This document shows positions 40,553 through 53,620 of a DNA stretch of 64,000 nt, one piece after another. The notes under the pieces were generated by a model. It saw nothing but the letters and a program-made list of their open reading frames with translations, was not told the DNA's origin and did no database searches. A program made the translations under genes and the position numbers. Positions within the stretch are counted from its first letter, which is position 1; each line of letters begins with the position of its first letter. The DNA comes from Lytechinus pictus (taxonomy: Eukaryota), in NCBI RefSeq assembly GCF_037042905.1, contig NC_087251.1:48112001-48176000 (forward strand). The letters run 5' to 3'.

Positions 40553-43071
40553 TTCCTGAGTTGTTGTCCAAGTTGATGAAGAATGCATTGATTAAATGAC
40601 ATCGATATATATAAGTTTGGTTGCAACGCATTATTATCAGATCGATACTGGTTCAATTTGATAGATGAACTATATATTCTAGGGTTAGTTCACTTCCATA
40701 TCAACTCAACGAGTAGAATGTTTCAACCTGTTAGAGACATCAATTCTTATCTCAGTTTTATATAAACTCCAAGTTGTATTTCGGAATTATCTCTTTTATA
40801 ACCAAGGTCTCGACGTTACAGCTTTCTTTTTCTTATAAGCACACTTTTTTTTCAGATAACCTTCTGCTAACAAATAGCGGCATGATTCAGTAGTGGATTT
40901 AGTAATGAAAACATCTGGAAATGAATGGAATGATGCGGTACGTATCCATGTGGCGTGATCAGTTGAAAATTTTGAAGGGCACAATATGGCGCCCCCCATC
41001 TACAGTCGTGATATTACCGATGTTTATTTTGGCAAAGTATATTGCATGTTATTGCAATATTTGATACGTATTTCATATATTGAACGTCATTGACATTCGC
41101 CAATATTCTGAAAAGAAACATTTACCATATTGGGCTTCAGAATTTGCCTTCCCAATCAGTGCTAGATCTAAATCAATGGGTTCTTCTTGAAAGCCCCTCA
41201 CGCACAATCACGCAGGTTAATATTCGATGACATCATTCAGAAAGCCAGTGAATGAAACAATATTGGTTCACAATATAGTGCAATATCCATAGATGCTGTA
41301 TCAATAGCTCCAGAAGACACAAATGACGTCACACGATACATTAGAAAACGCTATTGACACGATTGAATGAGGAATTGCACTTCCCAGTCTGGATCCGTGT
41401 AGTACTACGTGAGAAGACTAAAAATAGAGATCAATCCTGGATTTCAATCCCTCCTCCAGAACCGGAAGATGCAATAAAATGAGGGAACAGTGACGCGATC
41501 GAGATTTTGGTTTTGTGTTATATTTAAGTACAAAAATGGAGATTACAAATAATGTTTTGATATCAATACTCAGAAAGATACGAATACATCGCTCTATTTA
41601 GAACCTTTGATATGATGGTTCTGTTCTTCTGTTTGCTGATTCTGAGATGGGCAATATAATGTAAAGTTCGGAAAGAAAACAAACGACAAAAAGCGTATAA
41701 GTCAAAGAGGGCTCGGGGAATTTTGTGGCAACAACTTATATCGAGGGTTAAGAAATAACCATAACTCTTGGCACAAATACACACACACACATGCACACAA
41801 AACCCTCACACGCAAAGTGTTTTCTCACATATCCTAACTGCTTGTTATTACAACTTAGGAGCGCTTGTTTTTTTCTCTATTGTTCTCCCGTCCTCAGAAG
41901 TCTGTTGGAGTAAAACTCAACTAACATTTGATACAGGTTTGTGACAGAGGACTTTATCTGATGCCCTCACTTATACTGAAAATAGAAACCACACGTGACA
42001 CAGCTAATTTATGCGGAGTTCTCTCCATTCTGCAATGGTTGATTATCTTCCCTTGGAGAAAGATGGAGTCCGAAGTTCGACTATTTTTTTTTTTACTATT
42101 TCTGTACCAAAGGTATTACTTGCATATATTTTTCATAGTATGTTTGAATATTTTAACAATATATTGCTTAACAATGTAGGGGATTATGAAAAATAACATC
42201 GATGAAGGTCGTGTGAACCATCAACATCAACAACAGTTTGTAAATATAGGGGTTGGCCGACAGTTCGGAAACCAAGGCACGTACTATTTTCACCGGAAAT
42301 TCTTCGAAAGTGTGATACAAGCTACACCGTGTCTGCTCAGTGGCGTGTATTTTTTGGCAGATTCGCCGCTCCAGAGGAAGTGCACTGGAAATATGCAAAT
42401 GGTAACCAAAATTCTGGAAACAATTTAGAAGAGAAAATTGAATTAGAACCTTCAAGGAACCGGCGAGATGGAATAACAGCTAATTCAAGTGAAATGTAGC
42501 ATACGGAACCGTGGCTGAATAGATTTTGCGCTTCGTGGTTGATAAAGAAGAAAACAGAAAGAGACCTCTTCCTTAACCTATTTAGACGTCGGTCCGTCAG
42601 GTTATATAGAAATAGATTCGCTGTGTCACCAAACACCACGGTTAGACGACTTATTGTATCCAATCTTTTGGTACAGCGAACTTTCAAAGTTATTCATTTA
42701 GCATTTACACGAAGAGTGTCCGCTCACGAGATTGCGTTTTCTATTTCATCTCCCTCTAAAGTGAATATCACTACTGCCAGTTCTAAAGTGCTTAAACAAG
42801 CAACTTTTCCTTCTTTAAAGTTTCATTGTACTATAGTTTCCGAAATTTGCCCTTTCGTTTCGTCTACGCTTCCCTTCCGGCTTAGACATGTAAAAATAGA
42901 TACATGAAACATTTTTTGTTTGGTTTTGTTTATGTTCTAAATGTGTAATTGCAATGGACTTCTTACGGGAAAACATGAAAATATTGCTCAATCAGATCTG
43001 AAATATAAAGGTTTGATTTTCAATCCAAGAAATTAGCTTACAAATATTGAAATGCAATTATTATCTATTAA

Positions 43072-43655
43072 AGGGGAATCCAACCCAAATAAAAACTTGT
43101 TTTTATAAGAAAAAGAAAAATCAGACAAGTTGATAGTAGAAAGTTTGAACAATATTGGATAAACAACAAGAAAGTTGTGAATTTTTTCAAGTTGTAAATA
43201 TTGATAATCACTATACCCATGGAGACTTCAAATTGGCCGCATATGGGATGTCATAGTGATGTAAGGCAAGGACTACTCTTTCATGTACTCCAATACATAT
43301 TATGGCTAAAATGTCATTTTCCCCAAAAGTTTTATTTCAAATTATATTTTTCTTTCATGAGGACATAAAACAATATACTACCTGGGTTATATTTAGATTA
43401 CTGCCCCAGGGGAATGGGTACTTAGGAAAAAACCACAAATCCCTGATAATAAAGTACATGGCCTATGGGAAAGTTGTCCTTGCCCCTTGTAATAATTGAC
43501 TTACCCAGTTGCCAATTTGATATCTACATATTATTAGTGATCTCAATTTTAAAGCAGCTATAACTTTCTTATTGCTAGTCAAACTTTCATCATTCTGTTT
43601 AATTTATTTTTCTCCTTCCCAACACAACATTTTATGGCCAAGGCTGGATTCCCCT
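43072..43655. mobile_element. Kolobok-like non-autonomous element (TTAA TSD), inverted relative to the 34615 copy
   Basis: TTAA|AGGGGAATCCAACC...GGCTGGATTCCCCT|TTAA. Confidence 0.9.
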
Positions 43656-44609
43656 TTAAGTATCAACATCTTTATGTCACTATGTAAATAAGAGCTGTAT
43701 ACAAAAACAAAAATGTTTTGAGCAAAGTCTAAATAGTACAAGAATACTCCATTTTGTGGTTCTATTTCTAATTCCCTTGGGAGTAAAGTACGTTTAGAAA
43801 ATACCTCTATAAAACCACATAATTTATAACTCCATGGGATTAGTCATGATTCATTCATAAACCACAAAGCTAGACCCTTGTGAGGATTTTTGTTTTCAAT
43901 TTTTTTTAACGAAAGCTTGAAGAAAAATGTTCAGTGATAGAAAAAACTGTGACTATATTTCGGAATTCAAAGCCTCTTTTTGTATGGCGTTCTGAATATG
44001 CATTTTTTTCATTTAGAAGCGGTTGTGATACGAGCTATAAGTTTCTACTTTTTCTATACTTGAATTATAGAAAATACACTTCTCTCAAAAATTCCTAGAC
44101 AATTTTTTAAAATAGTTGCTTAATATACGATTAGAATAATAAGATAACATGTCGTTAGGTTAAGCAGATATTTCTTTATCACACATCATCATAATTAACA
44201 AAACTGTAGCTGAAAGAAAAACATCGTAGCAGCTAATCTACAAAATAAAGTTTTGCCAATTTTCAATCAAGAATTTCGTTTTTTAGTATGAAAGTTCCTG
44301 TACCTGTTTATTTAAATTTTGCTCTGAGATCTGTTATCAATTTTTGTTTGCTTTTGATTAAATTTGGAGTTTCATTTTTCATCTAGCTATCGCTTGAAAG
44401 ACAGGGGAATGTCATTTTTGTCATCACTTTTGTAGAAAATGTTTAGTGGCATATGAGAAGTTAAAATTTATTTCATCCATTATGCATTTCATCGTATTAA
44501 AATTATATAGAACTGGGCCCATTTCATAAAAAAAAAAAAGAAATTGAGTGACAGATTCTGTCTAGAGAATCGAAATAATTACTGGGATTTAATTGCGTTT
44601 CAGTCTCCC

Positions 44610-44826
44610 ACTCTAAATTACAGAGATTTAAAATAATTTTATTTGGGGACCAATCGAATTCTAGATTTATTTTGAATCATACAGTTTAATTTTTTTAATC
44701 TCAAAGGATTTAAATTAAAATCCTCGATATTCAAAGCTAAATATTTAGGTTTCAAACAAAATCCAGAATTCCATTGGTCCCTATCTACAGTCAATTTGAA
44801 TTTATTTAAAATCCCTGTAAGTTAGA
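44610..44826. mobile_element. Decayed foldback MITE
   Basis: TTACAGAGATTTAAAAT...GGGACCAATCGAATTCTAGATTT versus AAATCCAGAATTCCATTGGTCCC...ATTTAAAATCCCTGTAA. Confidence 0.55.
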
Positions 44827-46520
44827 CTTTTATTGAATTTCGATGTCATTGACCTCAATTATCTCTATACCCACTTTTTGAAAGAAGTGATTATGCATTT
44901 ATGTAGGAGCGTGATAAACTTTTTCATAACAATTCTATTCTTACTTTTACCGTACATCCCACTGATCATCGTGTGTGTGTTTTATGTTCATGTACTGTGT
45001 TTGCGTGGGTTTACCCTCAATGTTTTTTTTTTTATCTTACTTAAACCACGGACGCCCGAAAAGTGGGGGTGTCCCCGATACAGTAAACCATAGCAGTTTC
45101 ATAGACAATGCATAATCCGTAAAAAGACACCATTAGGCCGATCAATCACACACTGAATGTATGGCGTTATGAAGTGTCCCAGGATTATGCTTGAATTCAA
45201 AATTTCGAGCGTTTAATATTGAACACACAGATTCCCCAATTTAGGTTGTATAAAATAATTCGCTTCTCCTCTAATACTTAACACGATTCTGTGTGAGGGA
45301 ATATAAAAAGTTATCTAATTTAGTTCAAATACTTTCCTCGTATCTATTGGTAAATATGACATTATGAAATCAACATGAAACTCACGATTTCATATCCTGA
45401 CAGGGGATTCTTTACCTTTATGGTCATAAGAGGATCATCCTACAGCTAATATTAGAAATATGATACGGCTCTTAAGTCATCTCCCTATTTACATTGCCAT
45501 TAATACAACAATGAACTTCAAGCAACATGAATATTAATACATGGGTAGAAGAGTTGTAAAGCAGAATAGCATAAGCTGTGAGTGTACACACGGTCACTTA
45601 CCTTTTTCGCATCATCGACGCTACTGATCGTCAGGTATAGATATTTTAAAGAATTCTAAATGATTATTTAAATTGTCTGTAAATTATTGATCTTGAGTTC
45701 GAGCTGGGCTACCATGACATGTCTTCGGTTTCACCTTCTCTACTACAAGAACGCAACTTGTAACTTTTTATACATGTAAATGTCACTGGAATTTTAAAGA
45801 TTTCTCCGTTTAAACCAAATGTCATTGAATACATGTCGGAATATATTTCTTAATTATTGATCACATTGACTTTGTAATGTCCATTGTTTGTGCAGTGATG
45901 AAAGGGTGGCAATATTTAGTTTTTACGTATTCAATAATAAACATACACAGTTTTAGTCTGGTCTCATTTGCATACTTAATGAGCGTTCCCTATTCTACCT
46001 GCTCCACTGCGCCATTGCGGAACGCAAAGTTTTTAATAAATCATGCTCGTAAGCCACTAAGCATAAACTATTAGAAATAATTTCAAATGTAAAGTGAATC
46101 AAACTTCGGTTCTATACAAAATAGGAGTGGCACTTAGCCGTACACAGTCAGGCCCATCTTATGTTTAATTTGGAATAAACCCGATAAAAATTATCAGACA
46201 CGTCTGGAAAATAGAATTCATGTTGGCTGAATCTAAAATATGATAACGCTGCTTCTATCGAGAATCTTATTCCCTTGAGGTAAGTTTGAGGTATATGCTT
46301 AATTCGACCACAAGGACTCGATATCAGAGGTAACTTACTGTCCATTAATGTAGAGCACGGTTTGTTTTATCACAAAATGTGTGAAAATATCTTCTTTTTT
46401 TGTGTGTGTATCTAATCCCTATCTTTATCTCATTCTACAATTCGACGGAAAACGTTTTCGTTATCAAATACATTGTATAGTGAAGTACTTGATACGAAAT
46501 GTATTAGTAAATTTATTAGT

Positions 46521-46592
46521 TTAGAAAGTCAAAAAGGGGCCTAAGCTTTCGATCCTAGCAGAATCTTCGTCGGAGGCAAAATGACAAACATA
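46521..46592 (-). ncRNA. Second hammerhead-like cassette inserted with a 13-bp TSD
   Basis: 46521-46585 is the exact reverse complement of 32073-32137. TAAATTTATTAGT occurs at 46508-46520 and 46593-46605. Confidence 0.7.
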
Positions 46593-47029
46593 TAAATTTA
46601 TTAGTAATATACAAATAGACTGAGTGTATTACGTCATCCACTCTCTCATTAATATGGTGTATACCAACCAATGCGAATGTCATGCTTCTTGTTTCCTTTT
46701 TCTTTTAAAGGAATATTTGATATTATTCATTTAAATGGACAATACGGTCTCAGGTTAAAGGGAAATATACCCCTAACAAGTTGATTTGCATAAACAGAGA
46801 TTAAAAAAATAAATAAATAAACAAGCGCAATGCTGAAAATTTCATCGCCGTTGTTGTAACCTGTTGAATTCAATCAAGAGGGCCCTTGTCATATTTGCAT
46901 CAATAACAAAAAACAATAAGGGAATATTCTTTACAGTGAATTTTATGTGACATTCGACACATTATTTTGGAGAGGTACCCTTAAATTTGTGCCTCTTTCA
47001 TAAACAAATATTTTCTGATAATGTCAATT

Positions 47030-47242
47030 ACGCGGTAGCTCAGTCGGTAAAGCGGGGGATTCGTATTGCGGTGACCCTGGTTCGATTCCCACTTGGTGCG
47101 CTAGTGCCTTTTGGTAAGGCATTAATCCTCAGTACCAGGTCCTTCGGAGAGGACCTTAAGCCGTCGGTCCTCTGGTTGCTTGCTTACAAGCATTCATGCT
47201 TTCTTAGCAATCAGGTAAAAAATCACTACCAAATCACTACCA
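47030..47242 (+). mobile_element. tRNA-derived SINE
   Basis: A-box TAGCTCAGTCGG, B-box GGTTCGATTCC, non-tRNA body with AGGTCCTTCGGAGAGGACCT hairpin, and (AAATCACTACC)2 tail. Confidence 0.8.
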
Positions 47243-47472
47243 CGTTTCATGTGTTGGTTGCATATTATGTACCGAGACCTCCTCAATAAATGAAGCGTTT
47301 CAAATTGACAAATGCTCAGCATTATATCTGGCATAGATTCTTGTTTCACTTTACTCCCACTTTAATTTTCCATGATAGCTGATAAGTTTTTAATGAATGC
47401 CAGTTCGGTTTCTTAGTTATTGTTGTTTTAATGAACCCATTTAAAAACACGAATTAGTGTCTCCCTCGACCC

Positions 47473-47647
47473 GGGTGGGTGTTTCATAAAGCTGTTCGTA
47501 AGTTGAGAGCGACTTTAAGAACGACTGGTGATCCTTTCTTTTGGAAAATGGTATATTCCTTGGCGAAGGTTTAAGCGCGTAAGAAGGGATCACCAGTCGT
47601 TCTTAAAGTCGATCTTAACTTTTGAACAGCTATATGAAACGGCACCC
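47473..47647. mobile_element. Foldback MITE (Harbinger-like)
   Basis: About 65-bp imperfect TIRs GTTTCATAAAGCTGTTC...GACTTTAAGAACGACTGGTGATCC / GGATCACCAGTCGTTCTTAAAGTC...GAACAGCTATATGAAAC. Confidence 0.85.
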
Positions 47648-48416
47648 AGCTGTATCTTGTAAACCGGTTCTTTAAAATGGAAAATATACCGATAATGCTT
47701 GAGGAGTGCTCATTTACATATACCATCTTCACCATCGTCGTGATTGTAGTATACAAACTCGGCGAAAAAACATCATTTTTGTCACGCGGGGGCTGGAAAT
47801 CAAGTTTTGTTCACTTGCTGACTTGGTTTTTCAACAGTTTTTTCGAATCTCTCCACAATCCAACGAGTTTCATTACTTTTACTATCGACCGAATCTACGG
47901 CACGTAGAATGTGATGCGACCGTACCACATACATCTACAAAAAAAGAAAGAGGAAATGGGCCGCCATTTTGAAATTGTCTATTCCATGGAGGCAGTTCTG
48001 GATGTTTGTACGATCGAGCTTGAGACATCACGTCAAATATTTGACTTTCCAGGACAGATGTTTTCCAAGCCATTGATTTTTTTATCGAGAGTGGGCATGG
48101 CCTAGCACCACAACGGCGAAGGACTTGGCTTTGGATTCTCTTTAGCTAATGTAATAAATCTTTACTTCTTTCTCCATAATCCTAATTTTGTCGTTGATTT
48201 TGCGACATTGCCTTCATTTTCTTACTATGAAGCCCATGCCAAGGGCCGTGGAACAGGAGGGGGGGGGGGGGCTGTAGCCCCACACAGTAAAAAAGCTGAT
48301 TAAAATATTTATGCAACGCTGATAAACCTTACAGCACTTGTCTAAACAGTTTAAAGACGTGTATTACATCTTAAACGACAGAGTTAAATTTTTAATACTT
48401 CATTCTAAATCAATCA

Positions 48417-49016
48417 AAGGGCTGAAAATATTTATATCTAGATAAGTAAAGTAAAATTCACAGAGCGAAATGCTGAAAAATTCATCAAAATCGGATAATA
48501 AATACCGAAGTTATTGAATTTAAAGTTCATCAATATTTTTAAGAAAAAGTTATATGCACATCGTCATGAATATTCATTAGGTGGGCTCATGATGTCATAT
48601 CTACTCTTTCCTTTTTATTACATTATTTCATGAAATCATAATTGTTTGAAATTTTCATATATGTGTAAATGATGTGTCTCCATAATGCTGAAATACATGT
48701 CACTTGTGGCAATAAATAACTAATGCTCTTAATCAGTTGTCAATCCAATTGTTTTAGTTCTCGGTGGAAATTTTTTTCAGAAAACTAATTCCATATAATA
48801 AAATACAAAAGAACAAGTGGGGATATGACATCATCAGCCCACCTAATGAATATTCATGAAGACATGCTTAGAACTGTTTCACCGGAATAATGCAAATATT
48901 CAAAATTCAATAACTTCGTTATTTGTTGTCCAATTTTGATCAGATTTTCAGCATTTTGCTTTGTGAATTTTACTCTATTTATTGAGATATAGAGTTCTCT
49001 AGCATGGACCATCCCT
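48417..49016. mobile_element. Long-TIR Kolobok-like element
   Basis: About 190-bp inverted arms (TCATGAATATTCATTAGGTGGGCT / AGCCCACCTAATGAATATTCATGA), right end ATCCCT|TTAA. Fragments at about 46757-46846 and 62481-62570. Confidence 0.8.
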
Positions 49017-49087
49017 TTAACCATGGATGTTTAAACTGTTAAACAACTCCTGTAAGGTTCATAAAGTAAACGTCGTATATATGAAAA

Positions 49088-49757
49088 AATATTATACAGA
49101 TATTGCCTACCTAAAGTTTGAATATAACATTTCCTCTCCCCGACGGAGTTATATTTTTCCCAAGGGAAAATATTCTCCCGAGGGAAAAATATAGCTTCGG
49201 AGGGGAGTTGAAATGTTATTTATTAAAACGATATACCAGGCAATATTTGTTATATTACATAGTTTATGTGAATTCGCCATCAGAGATTGCATTCATCATC
49301 TGGCTCCAACCTGAAATTCTTGCTACAGCTCTGATCCATCTACTGTACGTCATAATAGATTTTTGTTTTTTAAAATACATCAAGCGCGTTCTTCATGCAA
49401 TCGACGCGTTAACACTAGCGCGTACATAAAAAAACTACCTGATTACGCAACTTGTAAGCAGCGAGTGACGTCACTTTAGTGAATATAACGCCGCAATTGA
49501 CAAAACAACGCATTTATATTCACTGAGGTGACGTAAAAACCCAGAATATAACAAATGTGATCCTCGCAGCTATGGTCACGTGATGGCGTATTGACCTATC
49601 ACTGATTCGAATCTACATAACATATGTAATATGAAACAAATATATCAGGCTTTGAGAAAGTATAGTGGAATTATTTATCCGAGGTTGGTCTGGCAATTAC
49701 TATTTTTCCCGAGGTTATTTATCAAAACGATAGACCAGGCAATATCTGTATAATATT
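49088..49757. mobile_element. MITE with perfect 21-bp TIRs
   Basis: AATATTATACAGATATTGCCT / AGGCAATATCTGTATAATATT. Internal repeat of AAAACGATA-ACCAGGCAATAT. Confidence 0.8.
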
Positions 49758-51754
49758 GCACTTTTTTATTAAACGTATAGAAAAGTGCACCCCTCACTTT
49801 AAAAACAGTTTTGTGGTCCCTGCCTTTGATATTTTCGATGTAGACTGTCTTTTAAAAGAAAATAGAGGACTTGGGGCCTCAATGAATTCCGCGGGGAATC
49901 GGTCCCAGGCCTTTAGCTTTGAACGACAATGTCCTAACCGCTAAATCACGGAGATGGGTCAGTGATTTCTTCGACTCCAGTAATAATTCCCATTTTCTTT
50001 CGTTTTTATTCTCGATAAAGAAATCGTATAAAATTCATGGTTTAAGAAACAAATCAACTTAAAAATATTTGTTCGTTTAATTTTCAAACCTGACAAAATA
50101 ATTGAAATAAACATTGATGCAGCGTTTTATAATTTTTATTGCCCCCCACCCCCCCGAAATAAAAGGATCTATTACAATTGTTCAAGATATATCTAATCAG
50201 AGTTTTTCATTAAGTGGTAATAGAAATAAATAATGTGTCCCTGATTTTAAAACGAATGTGCTTGCATATCATTAAGTTTTATTATTACAAAGCCTATTTC
50301 GAAAATCATCCTTGTACTCTCCTTTTCCATTTTCATAACTCAGAAAAAAGGCTGATTTCGTATATGATTGAAATTACTTAGTGTCACTCATCACTCATAC
50401 GAAAAAAATCCCTCTCTCTCCTCCAGATAACTGTATCTGATCATAATTTGATAAACGTCAAAAATAATGAACCATCCGATCCTTTTCCTTGACAACTGAC
50501 TTCTCAAGAACATGAGTGTTTCGAAAATGACATTACGACATAATACCCCTGGAAAATGAACTGTCACAGTAGCAATCACACACTGCCTTGTCTCCTTTGG
50601 GAAATTTGTATGTCACTTCGAAATGAGATCGTGGGGGAGAAGCTCCCCGACGATTACCCACACGTGAGCCGAGAAACAAAGTCTTCATTACCAGTAACTA
50701 GAGGCTTGGGTTAAAGCGGTCTACCACACGACCGCCTCCGAATGAGATATTCTAATTAACCCAATCAGAGAGTGTTTTATGTTTGGAGGTCTACTCCAGA
50801 CTTGCAATCTTGCGTTCGATTTTGTTTGGACACAGATTCACGAACACGTTTTTAACATCGCGAGAAGATTTAGTTGACTTTCGTGATCTTGTCAGATCGG
50901 AGAGCGGGACAAGAGTCAGCTAAATTTACAGTATCTTTCAGTAGCTGAGTAAGGTTATTGTTCAGCATTTACGTTGAAAAAATGAAAGGCTTGGAGGAGA
51001 GGAGAGGAAAACATGGATGCGGCCAAACTCTGAAAAACCCCCAATCCAATATAATGGGCTACAGTCACACCAATAGAACTGACCCCAGACCGATCGAAGC
51101 TATTACGTTATTTCCAATAGCATTCCCTTGATCGTTTGGGAGTTTCATTGGTGTGACAGGGCACTACACTATTAATGGAGAGGAGACATTAATTAATGTG
51201 GAATAGACTGCGGCCTAGGGGGTAGATGTTAACCTTTAACGTTATTCGCATTTCGTTTTTGTTTTAAACAATTTGTTTTTCCTCATAGCGATACACACAT
51301 CTAAAGTATATAATCTGTAATGGCATTAATTCACCCATTCCACTAATCATTGGAGCTTTGTCAGAAGCAAATCTGAGAAGCATTACGTGAAATAAATTGT
51401 AAGTGATTTCTCTGACAACTGATATAAGCTACTGTAATCCTTGCATCTGATTGGCTCAGAACGCACCAGACAGTGAAATTCAATGACAAAGATGCTTCAT
51501 GGAACACGCTCCTTGTTTCTATTGAGTGAAAATGTCCGATCGTCTCGATGAGTTTCTATGAAAACTCATTTTTAGTTTTGTTTCGATTTCTTTGGAGATC
51601 TTCTTTTCGATAAATAAACTAGTACAGATCAGACACCGATCAGATTGTAGTATAAGGATGAACCTTTCATGACCTTCCACATTGATTGAAGATTTTATGG
51701 TATTTATTTCACCGCAGAATCCTATCACAAGTCTCGAAGTGTTTAATCTTCTCA

Positions 51755-52307
51755 TACCCTTTTTACACAGGATTTTCTTAACCCCGGACTATCGCTAACC
51801 CCGTACTTTCCTTAACCCCGTACTATTTTTTTTCCTTTTCACACATGCCAAATTGTAATCGCTAACCCCGGATAAGAAATGCTTGCTTTTTACACACGAA
51901 ACTCGCTAACCCCGGACTAGTGGTTTTTGTCGATCATTCGTAGTACAAGTACTTCACTCGTACCTTTTTACACACGCTAAAATGTCCTTAACCCCGTACT
52001 ATAGGTGGGGCTAAATTGCCATTTAGCCCCACCTATAGTACGGGGTTAAGCTTAGCCCACTTTCGTTTTACACTAGCGATCTTAACCCCGTACTATCGCT
52101 CTTAGCACCGCAATTGCTGGGATAACCCTGCTTTTTTGCAGGGCCAAATAATCCCGTACTAAAGGTGGGGTTAGCCCACTTTGCAAAAATGCTGTGTAAA
52201 AAGAAAGTGGGCTAAGCTTAACCCCGTACTATAGGTGGGGCTAAATGGCAATTTAGCCCCACCTATAGTACGGGGTTAAGGAAATTTTAGCGTGTGTAAA
52301 AAGGGTA
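51755..52307. mobile_element. PIF/Harbinger-like MITE, 3-bp TSD, nested palindromes
   Basis: TCA|TACCCTTTTTACAC...GTGTAAAAAGGGTA|TCA, with many TAACCCCG(T/G)ACT motifs. Confidence 0.9.
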
Positions 52308-52899
52308 TCACACTTGTTTTCAGGATATAAGCCATATTTTACTCCTGTTGGAAATCGGTGATGAATATCACTCTCTAGTGAATAGGTGCTAAATGGACAT
52401 CAGAGGTATTTGGCCGAAGGTTTCAATCAGATAAGTGTTCGATGACTGTTTATGGTCGGTCACCACAGCTTGCAAAACATAAGGCTAACCCGCATAGACT
52501 GACTGTGGCAACAATTAATCTGACAATCACTCGATGGTCTACCCGAAGAGCGTCAGATGGCGAACTGAGGAGCGTTTCTTCAACAATTATGTTGTCTGAC
52601 AAGTTGCCAGATCTGAAGATAGACCTTGATTTTGATTGGCTGCCAGTGAGAAACACAGGTGTCCGTCTGTTACTATGGTAACTGTCGGGTAAAAGTTCCG
52701 ACCAACAAGTATTTCATTAAACGCTCGTCAGAACTCAGAGATTTCCAGCAGGCGATCATACACCAGATGATTCAGATTACACTCGACGCATGAGACACTG
52801 CATCTGGTATCCGGCCAACACGAATCTGATTCATCGGTCATACGACATTCGTACTACGGTGAAATAAATTTTGATTCTGTTGAACGAAATCCGTGGAAC

Positions 52900-53620
52900 A
52901 GCGGTGCATCATTAAAGCGAATGTATGTAATGTCCATCCACAACGATTAGTATGTGTAGATGGAAAACACTTTTACTACCAGCCTGTAATAAGTGGAACA
53001 CCGCAAGGTACTGTTAACGTCCCACATCTGTTCCGGTTTTATACGAAAGATATTCACCACAAGGTCAGAAGTGCCACCAAATTATTTACTGATTATCGCC
53101 TGCAAATGATCTAGTCATTCTCCAGACGGACCTTGACAAAATGTTCAAATGTTAACAAACCTGGGGAATAGATTTCAACCCATATTAATGTGAATTATTG
53201 CGCTTCACAAGAGATCTAAAAATAAGCGTGAAGCTTCATATAGCATACTTGGTGTCACCTTGAACGAAATGTAAGCAAACCAAGCACTTCAGTCTTCTGA
53301 TCAAGAACGATCTCCGATGGAGCAGCCAAACTCACCTTGCAATAATCAAAGCACTATGAGTCCTGAGATTCTTAAGACGCTACTCATCATTGCTCAAGTT
53401 CTGCTAGGCCTAAAGGGAGACTCTATCCTACCCTTGCGAGACTACACCTAAGTTACACATTTGCTGCATAAGAACACCATACATCTGAAGAAGTCCAGAG
53501 AGATTCAATCCGATTTGTTACAAATACAAGACAAAAGCAATTGTAAACCAACTCTTAAATTCACACAACCGGGACGCTCTCGAAGACAGCCACAGGGCAC
53601 ATCAATCTCTCAAAAACGTT
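52900..53620 (+). mobile_element. Old CR1/Jockey-group LINE RT fragment with stops and frameshifts
   Basis: VISGTPQGTV...LFRFYTKDI...KLFTDY (degenerate GVPQG and FADD motifs), then LQTDLDKMFKC*QTWGIDFNPY*C, NDLRWSSQ and EEVQRDSIRFV. Confidence 0.85.

Noticed and set aside
34761-43499. Duplicated small gene MAKMSF (34761-34979 and 43302-43499)
   Set aside because: Chance ORF within two copies of the same MITE.
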